DNA of 64,000 nt from Nageia nagi (lineage: Eukaryota > Plantae > Pinophyta). The stretch lies in the NCBI GenBank assembly GCA_050084985.1, contig JBITNC010000001.1, positions 198,028,001 through 198,092,000 of the forward strand. The letters run 5' to 3'. The translations under genes were made by a program, and so were the position numbers. Below the pieces are notes generated by a model that had not been told where the DNA came from, did no database searches, and saw only the letters and a list, made by a program, of their open reading frames with translations. Positions 22,201-31,484 of this stretch are shown piece after piece. Each line of letters opens with the position of its first letter. Within the stretch, counting starts at the first letter, position 1.

Positions 22201-24313
22201 TCATGCTTCAAAAGAAGGGTCAGACCCAGCTATTTCACTCAGTTCATGGGCAGCAAAGCATGATAATCTTAAAGAGGTATGACGGCACTTCAAGTTTGGA
22301 TAACAGCAATTCCATTTTCTTACTTTGTTTGGCAATGATGGGAAGTCACAAGTTGATGGTTTGTATGCCAATATGACTTAGCGCAATGAGGACTGTTTCT
22401 AGATACATATTTTATATTTTGTTTAATAAGATTCATAGTATAATTGGGGAAAAGAACCAGACCTTGTAGCTATACTTAATCAATATTGGAAACGGCATCC
22501 TCAACATGGGAAAAGATCCAAGACACCCATTGAAGGCTAGGATCAGCCCAAACACCCAAAACACATGGAGTAGCGACACTGCTGATTCTTGCAGCAGTAA
22601 ACTGAAGATAATTAGTTTACTTTGGAAAAGAATAAAGACCAGATATGGATAAGTGAAACAAATACTTGGGGGGGCGTCCAACATGAAGATACATAGTGGC
22701 AACATATACTCAGGTTTCGGACAGCAAAGTGTGATGATTTCAAGAAGATATCATGTTTCCCTTGACATGATGAGAAAGGAAAATCATACTTTGTCACTAA
22801 ATTCAATCACACGACAAGTTGAAAGGATTCCACCAAAGAATTGCCATATATGAACCATGATGTTGTCAATATAGAAGGGCAATTTCAAACTACACTAACA
22901 AAATTTATTGATTCACTCCAAATTTATGTTTATCAAAAGATTTTGCTAAAGACAATTTTGGGAAGAAATAGAACATCAAGTCGGGATACTCAAGAAAGGT
23001 TGTAAACATCAATTTGGGCTACTACAACAAACACTTCAGGTATGATATGCGCATACATAGTTCAGGTCTGTGCAAGATCAGCCCCCTTTCCACTCCATTT
23101 TGGCATTTGGGGATCATGAGAGCAACATGGCAAAATCCCAAGAAGGATGAGACATGCAAAACAAGCACCATTACTTTCGTCACGAGTCCTGAATCATTGA
23201 TTTGTCTTTTGGAATGGATGGAGAATTTTCTACCAATCGGTTTGACAGGTTAAACAACATGGTTTCGTCAAGAAACAAGGGAAATATTGCATTTTGAAGT
23301 TCACCTATCAAGCTAGTCTCTGAACATCACGTGCGCCAAAATCGGCCAAGGAAAGTTGACTAGAAGAAAGATGTTTTATTTCAAGGTCGGCCAAGATCAT
23401 AATTATTAGCATTTTCAAGAAAGAATCACCTATATAAGGAAGATTAGAGCATCACTCAAAGACATTATCATTGTGAAATTAATCATTAGCTCTCTTGAGG
23501 AGATATGGGTTATCCCCTTTTCCTTTCCTTCTAAGGGGTTTGCCCTAGAAGTGGCTAGCACTCATCACTCAAGACTCTTGCTCACTCCTTGGAGGTTCGT
23601 TGCATTTGAAGACTCACTCTCTCATCTTGAAAGAGCTCGTTTGGCATCTTGGCTAGTTCGTGGTCTCTAGGAGGTGTTCGTTGGCATCTTGAGCATCTTG
23701 GGAGGAGGTCGTTGTCTTGTGAAGGCATTCCTTGGCCACCCTAGTGGAGTGATCCACCTAGGAAATCATTTGAGCATGCATTGAGGTCATGTCTTGAACA
23801 CTTGTCTTAGCATTTGTTGTAATCTCATTATGACACTTGGATTTTTGGTACAAACCCTAAGGACGTTCGTTCACCCTCTTAGGGCATCATTTGGATGTGT
23901 TGCTATTAGCATTAATTCGCTACACTTCTTTGCATTACTTGGCATATGTTTGTGGATGAATGAATGCACATTTCTGTTATAGATCAGAATGAGCACTTGG
24001 CTTCGAAAATGGGATTTAAAAACTTGTCATTCAACGGTTGAGTAGGACCAAGTTCCACTCGTGTTGAGGGTAGGAGTTTGCGATCAAATTTAGAGGATGA
24101 TATTCAACGGTTTCATAGAAACCAACTTCCATGTCAATGTCCAAAATATGCACTTGCCTCTAAAGTGAAAGATGCTACCCAATGGTCCAGATCTAGTTAC
24201 AATTACAATATTTCAGTTTTGGATGCATGGTTTTGTCCTAGCTTGGGGAAAGAATGTGGAATTGGATTAAGTAAATTATGCATGTTTAGCATAATCCTTA
24301 GAAGAGGACATTA
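19274..24313 (+). mobile_element. Non-autonomous Ty3/Gypsy element (gag plus non-canonical ORF remnants, no recognisable RT)
   Basis: The 5' LTR remnant 19274-19583 matches the end of the 3' LTR at 23861-24313. PBS TGGTATCAGAGC (tRNA-iMet) at 19585-19596. Gag motifs follow. The 3' LTR start is uncertain (~23000). Confidence 0.8.
19645..20606 (+). pseudogene. Gypsy gag (Retrotrans_gag-like), disrupted
   Basis: FNGS...KMKTYF...HLKDTAYEWW...TFEEFSQRIREQF...IFMEGLEEPLKGLVKASKPFTLKDAI, with stops and a frameshift. Confidence 0.8.
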
Positions 24314-24318
24314 AAAAA

Positions 24319-25361
24319 TGTGACTTGGTGGATCCCAATGCACTCACGATAAGATGTCTCACCCTATGAGGGAATCTGGACCCTACAACTTGATCTTTTG
24401 CATCCCAAGGCTGGCACATGATAGGAGGGTCTTTCAAAGGCTATAAAAGAAGGAGCATTGGACTCATTTGGAGATGATTGATTATTACTCCTCTCTTCTA
24501 CACTAGACTTGGGTGTCGGTTGACTTCCTACCCTTGTGGACAAAAAGCCACCTAGAGATGCTTGAGGTCTAGCAAAGCCTCAGGACTTAACGGATTGCTA
24601 CTTTGAGGGATAGCGTCCCTCAAATGACACAACTAGCTATCTAGGGGTGTTGGCATTACCCTAGATTACCTTAACACTGCTAGTGGGATCCTGGAATCTC
24701 CACCACAACTGACTAGAGGAGGAAGCTTTGGTGCAAGCCTTGTCACTACTGAGGATTTACTTATTCAGAAAATTATAAAAATTTGAGAAATGATCTAAGA
24801 CACACTTGCTCTGGAAATTGAGGCATGTAAGTTTGGTACTTCTCTGTAATATTATTCAAATTACATTTGTGGCTCAATTTCTTGTGTTATTTTGTGATTA
24901 TTGGCCGTCGTAGCATAGATGTTGCATGTTGATGATTAATTGTTGAGTTTATGCACTTGTTGTTGGATGTTGGTCATCCTTGGCCTAGATGTTGGGTTTG
25001 CATGAGCCATTAGCACTCTTTTGAGTATCATTGTTGAGATCTTGCTTCCTAGACTAGATGTTGGAATCATGAATGCTATTTTGTGTTATCTTGCCATTAC
25101 TACTTAGACATTGAGCTTACTTGAGATAATTGCATTATTTTTAGTTTAATTGACAAGATTTGGCATTATTGGCTGAACGTTGGGGTTTTGGCACCATTAA
25201 CTTGCACTTGAGGCTAGATGTTTGCATTTTCTATGGTTAATTAGGGCATTTTGGGTATTTGAAGTTCATAAATGGATTATTTGGAATTTTTGTTAAATTT
25301 TAGTAAATTTTGTGAGCCCTTTTTGCTCAATTCCGAACAAGCCCTAGTTCGGAATATTTCA
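24319..25361 (+). mobile_element. Probable solo LTR (~1.04 kb)
   Basis: TG...CA ends, CTATAAAAG TATA box at ~24441, 3' end like LTR C, flanks AAAAA/AAAAC. Confidence 0.6.
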
Positions 25362-26621
25362 AAAACCTACCATAACTTGATGAAGGAGAAACCCTAAATA
25401 TTAGGACAAAAGGAGTAAATAACAACCAGTTTGAAGTAACTTGAGCAACAAGAGGGGAACATTGTTGACCCAACAACTGTAGATCAGAAGACATTTACCG
25501 TAGAAAGGGAGAATCATGAAGATGGTAATGTACAACATCAAGCACAAGTAGAAGAAGGATGCATGCCCAAAAATGATGGTTGGAAACAAGCAAAATCGAA
25601 GAGAAGATTACTAAGCAAGGCAAGAATACTTAAGATGCCTATTTTGGTAAATGAGCCAGAAGGAAATCAAGAGTCAACATGCCAATCAAATTTCGATGAA
25701 ACAGTAGTAAAGAAGACTAAATGGTAGAAGACGGGCAATCAGATCGTAACTCGAAGCTCAGCAAGATACTAGACAATGAAATCTAGGACACCCCAATGAA
25801 GGAGAAGTAAGGGAGAAAGAAACAGCCAAAGAAGTAACATATGGCAAGTAATCAACATTGGATGGAATTAGGAGAGGTGTGTTTCCTAAAGGATATAAAA
25901 AATAATGATACTATCCGGAATGTCAAGGGAGAGAATTCTCCTCAACACACAATTTTCTGAAAGAAATGTTGATGCTTTTATCATCCATCGAATACTGATG
26001 TTTACTGTTGCAAATACAGCAGAATCAAATGCTAAATTTTTAAAAGCAATCCCACTCATGGAAGAAAACTTTTCCAAAAATCTAAAATCACGTGCACAAA
26101 TCTTTTTGGGATACCAAGTAGCATTTTGTAAATTTTCTTTGAAATAAACAGTTGCAGTTTGTTGTTCAAACTGTTATAAATTGTTAAAAGGCAAGTTTTG
26201 GGTTCCTCTATAAAACACCTCTTGATTTACCAAGTGGCCACGAATTTCATGGTTAGAAAATCTAAAGGTTGTGTGGGAACAAGGGCTTGAGCTTTGATAC
26301 ACCCCAGCTAAAATCTTCTTTCGACAAATGAAAATTTGAAAACATATTGCCTTGTGATGATTGAACTTCAATTTTCCAAGGTGACAATTCAGAAAAGAGA
26401 TTTAGTCAGATCCCACATATGATAGTTTATTGTTGAAGGGGAGACTAAGAAAACGTGACTGTAGAACATTTAAAACGTGCTTGTAGAATATTTTAAAGCA
26501 TTACCGATATGTAGGAACGGAAATGAGAAAAGCAACTATAGTCCAAACTAAAAACGTTTGGGATAGGGGTAAAATTCCAGAAAGATAACAAATAAGCACA
26601 AGAGGGCAAGGGATTATGAAC

Positions 26622-26742
26622 CTTTCTCCCCTGTTCTATTTCCTGTTCGATTAATTCCTCCCAGAACCTTGTATGCATCGGAGTGCACCGAATCCACTCT
26701 CATTGAATAAATCTTCACACCTGCTTCCAGGGTGCAACTTGC
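26622..26742 (-). CDS. CAP-H: CAP-H coding exon 3
   Basis: CAG acceptor, then ASCTLEAGVKIYSMRVDSVHSDAYKVLGGINRTGNRTGEK (hallmark Barren motif ASCTLxAxxKIYxxRVD). Probable phase-1 GT donor at 26621; the 3' boundary is slightly less certain. Confidence 0.9.
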
Positions 26743-26831
26743 CTGCCCATACACAATAGATCTTTATTACAACTCAAACAGGTATGATGAATGGATACCA
26801 CAGACAAACAAACAAAAATTAGAAACAAAAC

Positions 26832-26930
26832 CTTTTGAAAATTAGTCTCGGTGTCTAGTTCCTCCACTTTGATAATGTCACTGAGATGATCGATCAGGCT
26901 CAGATCCCATGTATTCCGCTGATTAATTTT
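26832..26930 (-). CDS. CAP-H: CAP-H coding exon 2
   Basis: TTTCAG acceptor, then 99 nt encoding KINQRNTWDLSLIDHLSDIIKVEELDTETNFQK (the kleisin-gamma NKINxxNxWxLxLID motif), then GT donor at 26831. Confidence 0.95.
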
Positions 26931-27170
26931 CTGAAAGGCATACAACCAATGCATTACTCGTAAACAATAGAGAAAATTAAAATGAAATAAAGTAGTAATT
27001 TATATCCATGAATACTCCAAAGATTAATGGGATTGAACAGAAAAAGGAAAAAAAAAAAAAAACAATTCAACAAACCAAGAGAACGCCTAATGCAACCTAA
27101 GCCTGAAAAGGAAAAAAAGAAGAGTAATCTATAAGACATCAAAACTTGTGAAGGTGGAAGTGGAACGTAC

Positions 27171-27428
27171 GTTTTCGCTGGCAAGTTTGATGCAGTTGTG
27201 GAATAGTTCTAATATTTGATCTTTACCAAGGAGATCCTCTTCTCTGCCATCCGCATCAGCATTGAAATTGGAGAGAAGGGATTTTCTCTTGGAGGCAGCG
27301 GCCCGAGCAGCTCGAGCTTGAGCGCGTTCGAATTCGTCGTCGTTTTCACTCAAAATCATCTGCGCAGGCGAGGGCTGTGCCCGCGCCTTCAGAGGCGTCC
27401 TGCTCCTGCCCTTGCTTTTCTTTTCCAT
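27171..27428 (-). CDS. CAP-H: Condensin complex subunit 2 (CAP-H kleisin), coding exon 1
   Basis: ATG at 27428. Encodes MEKKSKGRSRTPLK...SENDDEFERAQARAARAA...LLGKDQILELFHNCIKLASEN, the plant CAP-H N-terminal motif. GT donor at 27170 (GTACGT). 258 nt, phase 0. Confidence 0.95.
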
Positions 27429-27479
27429 CTTCAAACTGATCCAAATGAATGGGCAATCGAATGATCAAAGGGGTTTCAA

Positions 27480-27545
27480 TGCGCCACAACTATTATTTAT
27501 GTTCTTTCAATTCAAATTCAAATTCAAATTTGACATGCGCGCCCA
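27480..27545 (-). promoter_or_regulatory. CAP-H proximal promoter: three tandem TTTGAA (CHR-like) motifs preceded by GC-rich GGGCGCGC
   Basis: Minus strand reads GGGCGCGCatgtcaaaTTTGAATTTGAATTTGAAttgaa, about 85-115 bp upstream of the ATG. Confidence 0.5.
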
Positions 27546-27664
27546 GTACTAGGATATCGACTTGTTAGCCTATCTTGTATATTTTCAAAAGCGAAGTTAC
27601 AAAAATAATAAACAAAGGTTAAGTCTAAATATTGAAACATTCAATTTTTTTTGGAAATCATCTT

Positions 27665-27800
27665 TACAGCTACGGTTTGAGTTAGTTACATGCGGATCTT
27701 GTTGTGTCTTGTGTCTTGAGTCCCGAGTTCAATTCCCACCAACTATGATATACATTGGACTCCCCATACAATTGTCTCATAGTTCGCTCATCTCGTGTGG
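27665..27800 (+). mobile_element. Possible tRNA-derived SINE remnant
   Basis: B-box-like GTTCAATTCC at 27727-27736 with a degenerate A-box-like segment about 55 bp upstream. No cloverleaf seen. Confidence 0.35.
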
Positions 27801-29618
27801 ACATTAATAAACTTTCTCTCTTTCCTTCTTTATTTTTTGGAGTGAAATCATAGAATTAAGTTTAGTGTAATGGAGTTCTCTTACATCAAAATCATTTGAA
27901 AGTTCCACCTAGTCACATATATACTTTCATCAAAGTCATCCAAATGTTGCATTCATCATATCTACACTTCCATCAAAGTTACTCACAAGTTGCACTCAAC
28001 CACATCCACATCGACTATAAACCATTGACTAAATTTAGCATATCCATAGCATGTGAAGGAAGAGAGATTTGAACTTGGGGCCTCCCTCTTTCAATTTGAG
28101 ATTTAACACTTGCTTGTCTTTCCAACTCCCCTCACATGATTCGATTTAAACATTTAATTTTAATAAACAAATATCAATGTTGTAATCTATAAATTATTAC
28201 GATGGTTTTATAAATCTTCAAAACAATGCAATGATCTTCAAATAAGGTTCTAAATTTATAGTGTTTACTATAGTCATTTAATATTTTAGTATTTTATGTT
28301 ATATGTTTAATATCGATTTTAGGCTTATCATTATTATTTATATTATATTAATTAATTAAGTTTTATTATTTAATCAATTTTTGCATGGTACATATTAATG
28401 AATTGGATATTTTTACATGATTTAGGGCTTCATTAAATTGGTAGACTTAACTTGTGCAACTTATTATAATTTTTTGAGTATTTTTTTTACATTTAATTTC
28501 TATTTAAATCCACTAACTTCAACTTCTTTGCTACTATCTAAAAAAGTATTTGTTTGGGGCTTATTTCTTGAACCCCCAAATATTAATTCTTAAGGATTAT
28601 TTCTTAAAATCCCTATGAAATAATTTACCCTTAGATATTTTTCTTAAAAAATAAAGAAAATGCTTTCAAATTATTTATGAATTTAAAAATACTTTAAAAA
28701 GATTTTGCAATCAATTGATTAATGATGACCCTCCATGGATTCACCTATTTAAGTTGCACTAAAGTTGCAAAGATCAAAGCTTGAATATCGCTTGTAAATA
28801 TACCCAATAACATTACAAGTATAGAAACTACTAAAGGTACCAGAGAAACAAAAACAACAACTACCAAAGTTGGGCTCTAATTCCTCGTGCTAGTATAACA
28901 ACACCCCCAATGATGATATTAGATGGGTTGTATTTTAATTCTCAATTGACCTATATATCTTGTTCTATTATAGGAAGTATTATGCTAAAAGCTAGAATAG
29001 ATACTTTTAATTAATTAGTCTACATTGTTTTTACGATGATTATAGATGGATAAAAATGAATATTTATGATAAAATAGATATAATTATCTACCTATGAATG
29101 CTAAATAGAAATTCATATAATAATATGCAATTGAACTATGAGATGACATCTAACGCAATTTTAAAGTAAAGGCATCAAAACAACATTCATTCATATCTAT
29201 CATAAACATAAAATAAAATAAGGAATGGAATACTTTGTGCAGCTAATTAGAGATGAACTAATCCACCAATGAAGTCATCAACTTGCACTACTAGTGTTGG
29301 GCGTCAGGAATAACTTTAGGCCCCAATGTAAATTTTCTTTTAAATGAAAATTCTCTGATGATATACCTAACATTAACATGTCCGTCAATTTTACCATCAT
29401 GATTTTTGTCAGGCATAATATTAGGAATAACATCAAGCATAACATTATGAATAACATCAGGCATAATGTTAAGAAATTTTTTTTTATTTTTTGCATTATT
29501 TTGTAATGATGTTTTTTTTTTTGTATAAATTATAGGTTAAAATTTTAAATTAATCAATTAATTCATTAAAATGAATTTTATTAATTAGATTGAATTGAAA
29601 TAAATTAAATATTATTAA

Positions 29619-30327
29619 GGGAAAATATCCAAAATACCCCTATATTTTTATGTAATATCAAAAATACCCTTATAATTTTTAAAATATCAAAACTACCCTT
29701 ATCATTTTTTAAAAATATTAAAAATTTGTTAAACTAAGAGTCAATCTACAGAGTGGGAAGAGGAGAGAATGAGCAGATTATGTGAGGTTGCACTATCGAG
29801 CTACATGGTGAGTCTCAATTCCAATTCCATTATACATAGCAGAGAGGCATCTACCATGATGGGCATTCTCAACAATCTAGAGAGTAAACTAGTAAAGACA
29901 TAATTCCTCCTAAGCAAAAGCAAACTTATAATGCCTTCCATAACTGACCTCTAATCATACTACTTGTACATAAGGTATGATAAGATCACTTATGAACTCA
30001 TCCTCCACCTCCAAATTCATGTCACTCATAATTTGTTGAAAGAAATCGATGTGCAGATCTACCAATTTCACTGCCTACCAATCTTCAAGCTCTTTTTGTT
30101 CCTCAACCTATAATGATGACTAGTGCATTAGTTAAGTGCAACCTTTGGCATATTTTTTTTAATGCAATTATTTATCTGGAGGTCTTTCACCAGTGGGAGC
30201 GGAACAAAATTGTTAGCAAATTTTTAATATTTCTACAAAGGTGATAGGGGTAATTTTTATATTTTTAAAATTATAGGAGAATTTTTTATATTGCATTAAA
30301 ATATAGGGGTACTTTGGATATTTTCAT
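29619..30327. mobile_element. Mutator-like element with coding-like cargo (Pack-MULE)
   Basis: About 110-bp TIRs starting GGGAAAATATCCAAAATACCCC. Perfect 9-bp TSD TATTATTAA at 29610-29618 and 30328-30336. Confidence 0.85.
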
Positions 30328-31142
30328 TATTATTAAATTTATTAGAAGCAAAATTTTGAAACTCAAAGCATAATCTATAAACACATTAAAAATATAATAT
30401 ATAGATAATGTATAAAATGATGAAGTCAAAAATATCTGTAAATACAAAATTACATAGATGAAAATATATATACATGTATGTGAATACCAAGTCATATACA
30501 TAGATTGAAATATATAAAAATATTTGCAATGAACATGTAGACTGATCACTATCATTAATACTTTCATCTAATCTAGAAGCCCTCACTATCCTCGTCGCTA
30601 TCCCCTACTATATATCTATCACTATCATCATGCTCATTACCACATGTTGTTCTTCCTCTTGATCTATATCCATCGCAACCTCCTAATCAACAAGCATTAC
30701 GGAAGAATCTTGCAAGTAATAATAAAATAAATGGTAGTAAATAATTAGAAATTAAAAATCATTTTAACATAAACTATTATGAATCAAAGATTTAATATTA
30801 TTATTGCATTAAAAGAAAAAAATAGTATCAAATTATTTAAGTTAAATTTTTACTAACCTACATCAAATTTTTAGTAACCTAATGAATCTAATCTAAGTCA
30901 AAATTTTACTAACCTAATAAGTCTAACCTGAGTTAAAGTTTTAGCAACCTAATTCTAACATAAATCAAATTTTTACTAACCTAGCTAAGTAAACTTTTTC
31001 TAACCTAAGTTAAAAAAAATTAACCTAAGTGTAACATAAGTTATATTTTTACTAACTTAAGCCTAACTAACCTATGCCAAATATTTACTAGCCTAAGTTA
31101 TATTTTTAAGAATCTATGTCATATTTTTATTAGCTCAAGTTT

Positions 31143-31484
31143 AACCCTAAACCTTAAAGCCCAAAAATCATAATACCCTAAACCCTTAAACCCTAAGCTT
31201 TTAAACCCTAAAACCTTAAGCCTCTAAACCCTAAAACCCTTAAACCTTAAGCTTCTAAACCCTAAAATCCTTAAGACCTTAAACTCTAAACCCTAAAATC
31301 ATAAAACTTAAAACCCTAAACACTTAAACCCCTAAAACCCTAAACCCTTAAGCTCTTAAATGATAAACCTTAAACCCTATAATCCTAAACTCTAAAACCT
31401 TAATCCCTAAAACTCTAAACCCTAAACCTTAAAACCCTAAACCCTAAAATTGTAAAATCATAAACCTTAAACTCTAAACTCAAA
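31143..31484. repeat. Degenerate interstitial telomere-like (CCCTAAA)n array
   Basis: Dense AAACCCTAAA/AAACCTTAAA/AACTCTAAA units. Preceded by AACCTAAGT repeats at 30840-31140. Confidence 0.8.

Larger units (their letters stand above)
1..26621 (-). other. Probable giant intron 3 of CAP-H (>26.6 kb, continues beyond the window)
   Basis: The next conserved CAP-H block (FxVDPLYxQTSAQFDEGGAKGLLL) was not found on the minus strand. The interval is almost entirely TE-derived. Confidence 0.7.

Noticed and set aside
27129-27464. ORF-track start at 27434, read-through to 27129, and the + strand ORF 27216-27464
   Set aside because: 27434 is a TTG and the ATG is at 27428. The tail after 27171 is intron. 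The + strand ORF is the antisense shadow of exon 1.
27665-27745. tRNA gene
   Set aside because: Only a B-box-like motif is present; no acceptor or anticodon stems could be formed.
31143-31484. True telomere or chromosome-fusion scar
   Set aside because: The array is short, highly degenerate, single-orientation and internal to a CACTA element.
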